A stretch of 64,000 nucleotides of DNA, from the NCBI GenBank assembly GCA_965223325.1, contig CBDCWI010000002.1, positions 4,416,001-4,480,000 of the forward strand, written 5' to 3'. Position numbers and translations under genes: made by a program. Under the pieces are notes generated by a model. That model was not told where the DNA came from, ran no database searches, and saw only the letters and a program-made list of their open reading frames with translations. The stretch comes from Candidatus Multivoradales bacterium. GTDB taxonomy: Bacteria; Acidobacteriota; Thermoanaerobaculia; Multivoradales; Multivoraceae. The first letter of the stretch is position 1. Every line of letters begins with the position of its first letter. Shown here in pieces: positions 39,161-48,836 of this stretch.

Positions 39161-40676
39161 TTCAAGGCACCTATGTTTCACAGCCATTCGAGGTTCACGC
39201 GCCTGCCGAGATTCACGAGCGTCAGCGGCCATCTGGAAAGTGAGCCACCTTGCCTCCAGCGGCGTGCCACCGGCGTAGTACTGCCACGCGACGCCCCGCG
39301 AGCCGCTTGGAACAACGGCACTCGAAGGTGGGGGCCGTAACAAGAGCGCAGATTCTCGGGAGGTACGACTACCAGTTCGCCAAACAACGGCAGCTTCCTC
39401 CCCATGCGTTTCGCCAAGCCCAGGATCTACACGCCCAACCGCGTCGTCGAAGTCACCACGCGCTGCCTCCAGTCGCGTTTCCTCCTGCGCCCGAGCAAAG
39501 AAGTCAACAACGAGATCATCGCCGGCTCGTGCGCAGCGGCTCTACGGAGTGAGCGTCCACGCCTTCTGGTTCGGCTCAAACCACTGCCACCTCTTGCTGT
39601 CTGCCGCATCGCAGTGGCACATCTCGCGCCTCATGGGTTTCACCAACGGAAACATCGCGAGACGAGTTGGCCGGTTGCAGCGTTGGCAGCGAGCGGTTCT
39701 GGTGTCGCCGCTACCAGGGCATCGAACTCACCGCGGAGCCTCAAGCGGCGTTCCAGCGCCTGCGCTACGTCATGGCGCAGGGCTGCAAAGAAGGGCTGAT
39801 TGAATCGCCGCTTGACTGGCCCGGTGTGACGAGTGCTCGGGCTCTTGCCGACGGTTCGATGAAGCTCTCGGGCGTCTGGCTAGATCGCACCGGCTTGTAC
39901 CACGAGCGCGTCCGCCGAGGAGTTATAGGCCCGCGATCCAAACAGCTGAGCCGGAGCGAGCGTCGCGAGGCGAGTCGCAAGATCGACATCACCGAGTTCG
40001 AGACGGTCGAGGAGCTCACTCTCGAGCTTCTGCCGCACTTTGCCGAGCTGAGCGCCGAGGCCTACCGCAAGATGCTCGTCTCGATGATCGAAGACATCGA
40101 GGAAGAGACAGGCCAACGCCTCGATCTCGAAGGTGGGCGGAGCATGGGACGCGAGAAGATCCTCGCCCAGGACCCTCACGCCGCTCCGCGGCAGTCGAAG
40201 CGCAGTCCCGCCCCGGCCTGCCACGCCCACACCCGGGAACAGCGCGTCGCGTTCATCGTCAACCGCTGGCATTTCGTTGTGGCGTACAGGAGGGCGGCGA
40301 GTAGGTTGCGTTCGGGTGAGGAGAACGTCGCGTTCCCGCGAGGTTGCTTTCCGCCGCGTGGCGCGTTCGTTCCGCACGTGGCTCGCGCTCCTGGATAGAA
40401 GGACTTCAGAGTTGCGTCTTTTTGGGACGGCGAATCACGAGATCGCGGCGCGAGCTATGGCGCAGTCAACCGCGCAGCGGCTTGGACCGGCTTGGACGGT
40501 GGTTTGAGGCGTGGTCGCGCCGCGTTGAGGAGGTGTTTGGAGCGGATCTGTTTACGCAGGTTCAGTACGGCCGCAGACTTGGCTCCGGGATCCGACTCGT
40601 GAATCTCGGCATGCGCGTGAATTTCGCATGGCTGTGAAACATAGTTGCCTGGAACGTCTCGAGGCGAAGCCTCGGG
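39161..40676 (+). mobile_element. Family A HUH/Y1 element, frameshifted; left tip degenerate
   Basis: Left and right inverted ends around a transposase pseudogene. Confidence 0.9.
39404..40398 (+). pseudogene. tnpA: Family A Y1 transposase pseudogene
   Basis: Near-identical to 49097..50095 but with a 5-bp deletion near 39524 and a 1-bp insertion near 39688. Confidence 0.9.
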
Positions 40677-40943
40677 ACGGGAGTCCCTCACGCGAAGACT
40701 AGGCGAAAGAGGCCATGAGGCGCGCTCGGTGTGGTCGAAGAGGCGCTCTCACCTCGCCACCCGGATGCCGGGCGCATCCGCCTGCGCCTCGCCTCGCTGC
40801 TGGCTAAGTCGGACGAGACTACCGTCGCCATTCGAAAGGCGGCGCTGGCAATCGAGGTTCTCGCTGAGCATCTCGATCCAGCAAACCCTGAGTTGGCAGA
40901 GGCCCACGAGCTCCTTGACAGTCTCCAGTCAGGAGGCGTCTGA
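40677..40943 (+). pseudogene. 3' fragment of a TPR-like protein abutting the A right end
   Basis: LSPRHPD...LAEHLDPANPELAEA kinesin-light-chain-type TPR pattern; no convincing start. Confidence 0.45.
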
Positions 40944-41253
40944 CCCAGGCTCAGTGCGGGTCGGACCTTCAGGGGCGTTTTGGCTCTTTCGGCTAATATG
41001 GAGCAAATCTCTCTTAAGATTTCCAAGCTGTCAGGGATGGGACCTATGGAAGAGAGCCGCTCGGCCAGGCTAGCGAGCCGTATTGCCTACCGCCTCCTCG
41101 CTAGTTTGCTGCGTGCTCGTGCATCGTCCTTATTTCTGCCTCCGGGCAGGACCTCCTCAGCATGCTCCTTCCGCTGACACGACGGGCCAACGCAGAACCC
41201 GGGGCTCGACTGGCTTACTGCTCCGAACACAACGCACACAGGAGGGTCAAGTG

Positions 41254-42303
41254 ATGATCGACGAAGCGAGAATGCAGGAGTTGCTCGGCAAGATGGTGTC
41301 GGACATGGGGGCTGCCGCGGTTGCACCGCTAGTCATCCTCGGCGACAAGCTCGGGCTCTATCGCGCCTTGGCCGACGGGCCGATGACGGCCGAAGAGCTC
41401 GCCGACCGGACCGGCACGACCGAGCGCTACGTTCGCGAATGGTGTAGTGCGCAGGCCGGCTTCGGCTACATCGACTACCACCCAGAAGATCAACGCTTCG
41501 GCTTGAGTGCGGAGCAAGAGGCGGTATTTGCCGATGAGAAGAGCCCCACCTGCATGACTGGCGGCTATTACGCCATTAGCTCCGTGTTCTTCGACGAACC
41601 CAAGATCACTCATGCCTTCCAAACCGGGGAGGGCGTGGCTTGGGGAGATCACTCCGACTGCCTATTCTGCGGTACCGAGAAGTTTTTCCGCCCGGGCTAC
41701 CAGGCCAACATTGTTGCGGAATGGCTGCCAGCTCTGGATGGTGTCGTCGAAAAGCTCAGTGCCGGAGCCAAGGTCGCCGACGTCGGCTGTGGTCACGGTG
41801 TCTCTACTCTGGTCATGGCCAAGGCATTTCCCAAATCTGAGTTCATCGGCTTCGATTTTCACCAGGCCTCGATCGCACAGGCCAGCTCCCATGCTCGAGA
41901 GTCGGGACTCGACAACGTCCGATTCGAGGTTGCGGCCGCCAAGCATTTTCCCGGAAGCGATTTCGACCTAGTCGCCTATTTCGACTGTCTTCACGACATG
42001 GGCGATCCGGTGGGGGCAATCGAGCACACTCACGCAGCACTCAAGAGCGATGGCACCTTGATGCTCGTCGAGCCCTTCGCCTACGACCATTTGGAGGACA
42101 ACCTCAACCCCGTGGGACGCATGTACTACTCCTTCTCCACCATGATCTGCACACCCGCGTCGATCAGCCAGGAGGTAGGCCTGGCGCTGGGAGCTCAGGC
42201 GGGAGAGAAGCGCCTCGGAGAAGTTGTTCGTGAAGGCGGCTTCTCTTCGTTCCGACGAGCGGCAGAGACTCCGTTCAACTTGATTCTCGAAGCTCGTCTG
42301 TGA
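41254..42303 (+). CDS. Class I SAM-dependent methyltransferase with N-terminal wHTH (Rv2258c-like)
   Basis: GDKLGLYRAL, ERYVREW, VADVGCGHG, FDCLHDMGDP, LGAQAGE; RBS AGGAGG. Confidence 0.9.
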   Translation: MIDEARMQELLGKMVSDMGAAAVAPLVILGDKLGLYRALADGPMTAEELADRTGTTERYVREWCSAQAGFGYIDYHPEDQRFGLSAEQEAVFADEKSPTCMTGGYYAISSVFFDEPKITHAFQTGEGVAWGDHSDCLFCGTEKFFRPGYQANIVAEWLPALDGVVEKLSAGAKVADVGCGHGVSTLVMAKAFPKSEFIGFDFHQASIAQASSHARESGLDNVRFEVAAAKHFPGSDFDLVAYFDCLHDMGDPVGAIEHTHAALKSDGTLMLVEPFAYDHLEDNLNPVGRMYYSFSTMICTPASISQEVGLALGAQAGEKRLGEVVREGGFSSFRRAAETPFNLILEARL

Positions 42304-42526
42304 ACATAGCTGTCTGCGTGGAGCCGCACTGGAGTGGCAGCTTGGACTCTCGGCCTAGTATCGGGTCACTGCAGCCGCCATGTCTAGAACTCGTTCGTGC
42401 TGTATTTTGGCGCGAGTCGAGCGTGGTGTTTCTCGCGGCTCGGCGCCCCACCCGAAATGACCTACGAACGAATTCGAGCCATTACATGGGAGACGCAAGC
42501 AACAGGTCCCCCAAAAGGAGGATCGC

Positions 42527-43597
42527 ATGGCGAAGGTGACGAAGGTGAACGTGCTTGTGCTTGGTCTCCTTGTCTTGTTGGTACAGATGATCGGTTGTCA
42601 GCCCGCGTCCGACGAAACGGCTGACGCCACTGCCGACGCTGGGGCTCACGCTGGCGAAAGTCCGGACGTCGAAGCGCAGATCGCGGATGCGTTGTCGGCA
42701 GCGCTCCCGTCGATGGCAGCGACCGCGAGGGTCGTGGACTGGGATGGAAACGTGCTACGGGACGGTGACGGCCCCTACACTTGTATGCCAACTCCGCCAC
42801 AGTTCGTGGATGGCCGTGCCCCGATGTGCATGGACAAGCCGTGGTCGGCATGGGCCGATGCTTGGGGTCGTCGCACCGAGCTCTCGATCTCGCACCTCGG
42901 GATCTCCTACATGCTGGCCGGCGACGAAGGCGCGAGCAACATCGACCCCTTCGCCACCGAGGCTACAGCGGAGAACGAGTGGGTGGTGGAAGGGCCGCAC
43001 CTGATGCTTATCGTGCCCGACCCGGCGCTGCTCGAGGGCATCTCGACCGACCCAGACAACGGCGGTCCTTACGTGATGTGGAAAGGGACGCCCTACGCTC
43101 ACGTTATGGTTCCGGTGGAGCTCAGCGACGTTACGGAGGCCGCCCCAGACGCTCTTGCCGACGCGTTGTCGGCGGCCAACCCGTCGATGGCCAACAGGGT
43201 GACCGTGATGGACTGGGAGGGCAACGTTTTGAGGGAAGGTGAGGGTGACTACACCTGCATGCCAACTCCACCACAGTTCGCCGACGGTCGAGCTCCGATG
43301 TGCATGGACGCGCCCTGGTCTGCCTGGGCCGAGGCCTGGAGCAGCCGCGGTGAGCTCACCATCGATCGGCTCGGGATCTCCTACATGCTGGCCGGTGACG
43401 AGGGCGCGAGCAACGTCGACCCCTTCGCCACGGAGGCGACGGCTGATAACGAGTGGGTAGTGGAGGGGCCGCACCTGATGCTCATCGTGCCCGACCCGGC
43501 GCTGCTCGGGAACATCGGCACCGACCCAGACAACGGCGGACCGTACGTGATGTGGGAGGGGTCACCCTACGCACATGTGATGGTGCCCTTGGACTAA
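42527..43597 (+). CDS. Putative lipoprotein with two tandem ~145-aa homologous domains
   Basis: MIGC lipobox-like; duplicated PMCMD.PW...GISYMLAGD.GASN.DPFA...EGPHLM...PYVMW.G.PYAHVM. Confidence 0.8.
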   Translation: MAKVTKVNVLVLGLLVLLVQMIGCQPASDETADATADAGAHAGESPDVEAQIADALSAALPSMAATARVVDWDGNVLRDGDGPYTCMPTPPQFVDGRAPMCMDKPWSAWADAWGRRTELSISHLGISYMLAGDEGASNIDPFATEATAENEWVVEGPHLMLIVPDPALLEGISTDPDNGGPYVMWKGTPYAHVMVPVELSDVTEAAPDALADALSAANPSMANRVTVMDWEGNVLREGEGDYTCMPTPPQFADGRAPMCMDAPWSAWAEAWSSRGELTIDRLGISYMLAGDEGASNVDPFATEATADNEWVVEGPHLMLIVPDPALLGNIGTDPDNGGPYVMWEGSPYAHVMVPLD

Positions 43598-43978
43598 CTC
43601 CCGCGACCGTGGCCCTTTAAGCTCCCACGGAGCGTTGCACCGTTTCGTTGGCGGGTTCCAAGAAAGTGCACCCTCAGGGTACGGGAGGGATCTCCAGGTC
43701 GACCACACACAGGTTCGCCTCCCAGCCGAGCTCCGAGCAATACAGATGCGACCGCCAAGCCGGCGTCGAGAGCGTCGGAAAGGCCCAGAAGCCTCGATTT
43801 CCAGACGCCCGCGGCCCTGTGAGTTCGCCGCTCTCCAGGTAGTTCGCCTGCAACGGTGCAGGGTAAGTCGGCGAACTTCGATTTCTAGGGCGCACTCGAG
43901 AAATCCCAGGCTGCCGAGTTGCCCTGCACCGGAACCGGACGTGTGTTGAAAGCCGCTCTCTCCCTTTGTCTTTAGAGC

Positions 43979-44449
43979 CTATGGGAGCTTGAAGTCGCCT
44001 CGGATGGTGTTGAACGCCTTGCCTCCGGGCCACTGTCCGGTCGGCGCTCCCCAAGTTCCAGTGGCCGACAGGCCTTCGAGGTTCCCGGCACTCTTCATGA
44101 TGTGCCAGGTTCCACCGTCCTGATCACCTTCCCAGGCTGACCAGTAACCGCCCCCTCCGCCCATGGGAACCGTGGTGCAGTGACCGCTCGCGGCGGACTG
44201 GTTCTCGCCCATAGTGACCTGGCTGCCATAGCAGTCTTGACTGGCCAGATGGAGCTTGTGGCTCGTGTCCTTAAAGACCACGAAGCCGCGTTGTGCGAAG
44301 CGCACCGCGACGACGCCCTCTTGGAGTTCGGTGGTTTCCAGAATCTCCGTTTCGTAGAGGAAGGTCATCTCCTCTTCAGCTTGCAAGTTCGCGGCGAATA
44401 GGTTCGACGCGACGAACAGCATGGCAACGATACATCGTTTCGTACTCAT
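43979..44449 (-). CDS. Secreted hypothetical protein
   Basis: Signal peptide; RBS GGAGG. Confidence 0.7.
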   Translation of the reverse strand: MSTKRCIVAMLFVASNLFAANLQAEEEMTFLYETEILETTELQEGVVAVRFAQRGFVVFKDTSHKLHLASQDCYGSQVTMGENQSAASGHCTTVPMGGGGGYWSAWEGDQDGGTWHIMKSAGNLEGLSATGTWGAPTGQWPGGKAFNTIRGDFKLP

Positions 44450-44721
44450 CGTTTACCTCCAGTTCTGGTCTGCCGAGCCAAGGCCCTCCACGTTGGACGC
44501 AGGTCATTTGAGGCACCAGGAGCAAACGTCGAGAGACCCGACTGGCTGTGATGACGATCAACGGACGATGCCTTCCTAGCTTAGCAAGGGATAGGACACG
44601 ATCGACCAGAATCTTGGAGCTGTCGGCGGACCTCCGGATCCGCACAGCCGAACTGCGTCCCTTGACCCAAAAGCCTCAAATGTGTGCACCGGAATTCGGT
44701 TTGCCTTGTCCTGATCCTTCT

Positions 44722-44883
44722 TCATCGGGTCGGCACTAGACGCTCGAGCTCATCGAACCAGTTCTCGACCAACACCACCTTGGCTTTCGAGAGCTCAGCC
44801 CCTCGAGGCATGACGAAGTGTCGTCCATCGGGCGTCACGTCGAAAAGCCTGTGTGGCCAACCAATCATCCGGGGTCTTGGCTC
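44722..44883 (-). pseudogene. C-terminal fragment of a kinase/PD40-type protein cut at the B left end
   Basis: FDVTPDGRHFVM...VVLVENWFDELERLVPTR*, similar to the tail of 24157..27000. Confidence 0.7.
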
Positions 44884-46283
44884 GATCGCGCGGCGATGCC
44901 GCCCACGGTCGGGGGTAAGTTTTGAGTCGAAGTTGTGGCGCAGGGCCGGGACTCGCCACCGACCTGACGTGTAGCCCGATTCACAAATGACAGTTGGTCG
45001 ATGGCGAGGGTCATCCGCTAAGATTTCACTCCCTGCAGGACATCGATGGCTCCGGGCGAAGAGTCATGGCCCATCAACTGAGATACGTCCCCACCGACTC
45101 GAGCGGTTGGGGAGTCGTCGAAGTGACGGTGCGCATCGTCAACGGATTCTTCCTGTTGGCGCCATCGTCACGCCTGCGCGACCTGCTGATCGGGATCATC
45201 GGCCGCGCGCAGCGAAAGACCGAAATCCGGATCCACGCCCTGGACTACCAGGTCAATCATGCCCACCTTCTGCTGGGCGCTCGCGACGCCCAGCAGCTGG
45301 CCGATTTCATGCGGCGCATTCAGCACCAGACGAGTGTGGAACTACGGATCCTGCGCGGGTGGAAGGGTCCGAAATGGGAAGGGCCCTACAAGACGTCGTT
45401 CCCCGGTCACGCGAAGAAGGACCTCTGCCGGCGCTTTCGCTACATCCTTGCCCAGGGTTGCAAGGCGGGGTTGGTGTCTTCACCTCGCAAGTGGCCAGGC
45501 GTGTCGGTAGGGGAGGCGTTGTGGTCAGGGACCTTCGAGCTCGAGGGCACCTGGGTCGATCGTTCAGCGCTTCGTCGTGCCCGTTTCTCGAAAGCCGGTC
45601 GTCGTTTGAGCGAAAAGGACTTCTCGAGCCGCGAGACGGTCGTTTTATCGAAGCTTCCGTGCTTCGAGGACCTCCCTGACGAGGAGTACTTCGACTGGGC
45701 CCGCGGGATGATTGTTGAGATCGAGGACGAGACCCGGGTGCGCCACAAACGGGAGGGAACGAGGCCTCGCGGCGCCTACAAGACAACGCAGGTGAGTCCG
45801 ATGCGCCGTCCGAGGAAGCTCGATTGGGGGCCGAGGCCTCGGGTCATCGCGTCGGACTCGTTCGAGCGCAATCGGCTGCTTTCGGTTTTCGATGCGGTGA
45901 GGCGAGCGCATCGCGCGGCGCGCGATCTTCTGTGGAGTGGTGACCTGGAGGCGCGATTTCCGCCCGGGACTTTTCCAAGCCCGCTGCCGTTTGTGGCCCT
46001 GGAAGTGGCTGGGCCGGGTGCACGCGACGGTCCCTGAGTCCAGGCCGCCGCCGAAGAGGTTGACGAGGTTGAGGGGGACGCACCGGCAGGTGTGGTGGCG
46101 GAGCTGCGTCTGTCGGGTGGAGTGCCGAGGCTTCAGGGGTGGCGAAGGCGACGTCTCTGCCCTCGCGACACCCATCGAGGTGGTGAAAGAGGACGATGGA
46201 GTGCTTCGGAACTCGGCGCGTCGCCTTGTCTGGTGTTGCCGTGAAAACTTACCCCCTACCGTGCGCGGCATCGCCGCGCGATC
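44884..46283 (+). mobile_element. Family B HUH/Y1 element, complete (1400 bp)
   Basis: GATC-to-GATC with ~41-bp inverted ends. Confidence 0.92.
45066..46037 (+). CDS. tnpA: Family B Y1 (RAYT/IS200-like) HUH transposase, 323 aa
   Basis: HUH motif NHAHLLL; YILAQGCKAGLV..P..WPG; C-terminal FPPGTF. Confidence 0.88.
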   Translation: MAHQLRYVPTDSSGWGVVEVTVRIVNGFFLLAPSSRLRDLLIGIIGRAQRKTEIRIHALDYQVNHAHLLLGARDAQQLADFMRRIQHQTSVELRILRGWKGPKWEGPYKTSFPGHAKKDLCRRFRYILAQGCKAGLVSSPRKWPGVSVGEALWSGTFELEGTWVDRSALRRARFSKAGRRLSEKDFSSRETVVLSKLPCFEDLPDEEYFDWARGMIVEIEDETRVRHKREGTRPRGAYKTTQVSPMRRPRKLDWGPRPRVIASDSFERNRLLSVFDAVRRAHRAARDLLWSGDLEARFPPGTFPSPLPFVALEVAGPGARDGP

Positions 46284-46486
46284 CCCGGAAACACTGGCCT
46301 GAAATCGCCGTCTGACGAGGGGGTTTTTGGCCACCCCTCCCCCAGCCGACCCGAGGCCTCGCCTCGGGTCGGTCTGTATGCGCGGGTTTCTACCCCGCAT
46401 CAGCACACCATCGCCATGCAGCTGCACCAGCTGCGCGAGTTCCTCGAGCGACGAGGCTGGCAAGAGACGATCGTCGTCAAGGAGGC
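46284..46486 (+). pseudogene. N-terminal fragment of a serine resolvase between two B elements
   Basis: RVGLYARVSTPHQHTIAMQLHQLREFLERRGW...KE with catalytic YARVS. Confidence 0.8.
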
Positions 46487-47885
46487 GGGCGGCGATGCCG
46501 CCCCCGGCCGCCCCCGGTCGGGGGTAAGTTTTGAGCCGAAGTTGTGGCGCAGTGCGACGCCTCGCCACCGACCGGACGTGTAGCCCGATTCACAAATGAC
46601 AGTTGGTCGATGGCGAGGGTCATCCGCTAGGATTCGGCTCCCTGCAGGACATCGATGGCTCCGGGCGAAGAGTCATGGCCCATCAACTGAGATACGTCCC
46701 CACCGACTCGAGCGGTTGGGGAGTTGTCGAAGTGACGGTTCGAATCGTCAACGGGTTCTTCCTGTTGGCGCCATCGTCACACCTACGCGACCTGCTGATC
46801 GGGATCATCGGCCGCGCGCAGCGAAAGACCGAGATCCGGATTCACGCCCTGGACTACCAGGTCAATCATGCTCACCTTCTGCTGGGCGCTCGCGACGCCC
46901 AACAGCTGGCCGACTTCATGCGGCGCATTCAGCACCAGACGAGTGTGGAACTACGGATCCTGCGCGGGTGGAAGGGTCCGAAATGGGAAGGGCCGTACAA
47001 GACGTCGTTTCCCGGTCACGCGAAGAAGGACCTCTGCCGTCGTTTCCGCTACATCCTTGCCCAGGGTTGCAAGGCGGGGTTGGTGTCTTCACCGCGCAAG
47101 TGGCCAGGCGTGTCGGTGGGGGAGGCGCTGTGGTCAGGGACCTTCGAGCTCGAGGGCACGTGGGTCGACCGCTCCGCGCTTCGACGTGCTCGTTTCTCGA
47201 AAGCGGGGCGTCGTTTGAGCGAAAAGGACTTCTCGAGCCGCGAGACGGTCGTCTTATCGAAGCTTCCGTGCTTCGAGGACCTCCCGGACGAGGAGTACTT
47301 CGACTGGGCCCGCGGGATGATTGTAGAGATCGAGGACGAGACCCGGGCGCGCCACAAGCGAAAGGGCACGAGGCCTCGCGGCGCCTACAAAACGACGCAA
47401 GTGAGTCCAATGCGTCGCCCGCGGAAGCTGGATTGGGGGCCGAGGCCTCGGGTCATCGCGTCGGACTCGTTCGAGCGCAATCGGCTGCTTTCGGTTTTCG
47501 ATGCGGTGAGGCGAGCGCATCGTGCGGCGCGCGATCTTCTGTGGGGTGGTGACCTGGAGGCGCGGTTTCCCCCCGGAACTTTCCCAAGCCCGCTGCCGTT
47601 CGTGGCCCTGGAAGTGCCTGGGCCGGGTGCACGCGACGGTCCCTGACGGCCCAGGCCACCGGCGAAGAGGTTGAGGGGGACGCACCGATCGGTGTGTTGG
47701 CGGAGCTCCGTTTGTCGGGCGGAGTACCGACGTTCAGGAGTGGCGACGGCGAGGTTTCTGCCTTCGTCACCGCCCTTCGAGGTCGGAGAAGAGGGCGATG
47801 GAGCGCGCGAAGGCTCGGCGCTTCGTCCAGTCCAGCGTTGCCGTCAAAACTTACCCCCGACCGTGCGCGGCATCGCCGCGCGATC
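46487..47885 (+). mobile_element. Family B element; left tip degenerate with a 10-bp duplication
   Basis: GGGCGGCGATGCCGCCCCCGGCCGCCCCCGGTCGGGGGTAAG ... CGCCGCGCGATC. Confidence 0.9.
46675..47646 (+). CDS. tnpA: Family B Y1 HUH transposase
   Basis: Near-identical to 45066..46037. Confidence 0.88.
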   Translation: MAHQLRYVPTDSSGWGVVEVTVRIVNGFFLLAPSSHLRDLLIGIIGRAQRKTEIRIHALDYQVNHAHLLLGARDAQQLADFMRRIQHQTSVELRILRGWKGPKWEGPYKTSFPGHAKKDLCRRFRYILAQGCKAGLVSSPRKWPGVSVGEALWSGTFELEGTWVDRSALRRARFSKAGRRLSEKDFSSRETVVLSKLPCFEDLPDEEYFDWARGMIVEIEDETRARHKRKGTRPRGAYKTTQVSPMRRPRKLDWGPRPRVIASDSFERNRLLSVFDAVRRAHRAARDLLWGGDLEARFPPGTFPSPLPFVALEVPGPGARDGP

Positions 47886-48418
47886 CAACGGTCGGCGGAG
47901 ACGAAGCCGCCGTTGTCGCTGTTGTAGAAGCGTTTCGTCGTTCCGTCCGAGAGCACCAGGAGAGGGCTGTCGGGGTTGAACTCACTACTGCCGGCACCGT
48001 TCGGGTTGAAGACCTTGCCCGCGTGCAGTTGCCATCCCGAGCCACCCATGTGATCTGTCGTGTCTGAAGACGCCACGTGGGTCTGGCGCACGTCGGTGCG
48101 GTTCCAGACGTCGGAGTTGTAGTAGAGGTTGACCTGCAGGCGCAGGTCGGCCCTCACCGGAAGGTCGATAGGCGTCATACGAAACATGACTCGGCCACCG
48201 AACAGGTCGAAGTCCTCTTCGAAGCCCCCGAGGACAGCTCCGTTGGTGACCTCAGAGAGATAGCGATCGTGAGTCGGCTCGTCGCCCGCGGTCTGCGCCG
48301 TGAGCTGGCTGGTCAGGCCATGCAGGAGAGCAAGAAGGATTGCGGCGGCGACGAGAATGGGACCGCTCGGAGCCGCTTCAGGAGGCGTACGGTCGAAGAC
48401 GGTGGGCTGGGCTGTCAT
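47886..48418 (-). pseudogene. N-terminal fragment of a secreted RHS/YD-type protein truncated by the B right end
   Basis: Signal peptide, then EDFDLFGG...IDLP...LYYNS...GSGWQL..G...LSDGT pre-RHS pattern; frame runs into the element at GATC. Confidence 0.7.
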
Positions 48419-48599
48419 GGAGTGCCTTTCGGTATCGGCGATTCGCGGTGCCCGTGTTCTTCCGGGTCTCGCCGGGGTTGTTACACCCCCCTGGCCGGCA
48501 CGCCCGCCCCTGCCCAGCACCTGACCCTCTTTTGCGACCAGAATGAGCGCCGAAGGCCAGCGCAGGCCAACAGGAGGCCGCGAGGTACGCGACCTCGTC

Positions 48600-48809
48600 G
48601 CCAGTAACAACACCGCTCGGATCCGGAAGAAGACGAAAGACAGCTCACCCTTGCCTTCCGGAGCTCGCGCCATGACCGACATCAGAAACGACAATCCCTC
48701 GGGATTCAGCCTCAACCTGCCCGACACCTTCGGCGGTTCCGATGGCGGTTTCGGAACCTCACCGAGCCTCGAGAACCACAGCTACGAACCGTCGGGTCCC
48801 GGCGGCTGA
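48600..48809 (+). pseudogene. Upstream region plus first 45 codons of a paralogue of the toxin gene at 35799
   Basis: MTDIRNDNPSGFSLNLPDTFGGSDGGFGTSPSLENHSYEPSGPGG from ATG 48672; upstream DNA also homologous. Confidence 0.85.
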
Positions 48810-48821
48810 CAAAGTAGTCAG
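48801..48821. repeat. Hairpin repeat C (GGCGGCTGACAAAGTAGTCAG); inverted copy at 56297-56317
   Basis: 20/21 match to the reverse complement of 56297-56317; internal stem CTGAC/GTCAG. Confidence 0.7.
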
Positions 48822-48836
48822 CTCGGTAACAGGCAC

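Noticed and set aside
44994-45065. 24-aa N-terminal extension of the family B transposase
   Set aside because: Not open in the 57827 copy; MAHQ is the shared start
44884-46283. GATC as a 4-bp target site duplication
   Set aside because: GATC is present on solo ends and replaces GACC or GCGC at reconstructable junctions, so it is better read as element sequence
47453-48727. 424-aa ORF as a real gene
   Set aside because: Chimera of upstream DNA, the RHS head and antisense element sequence
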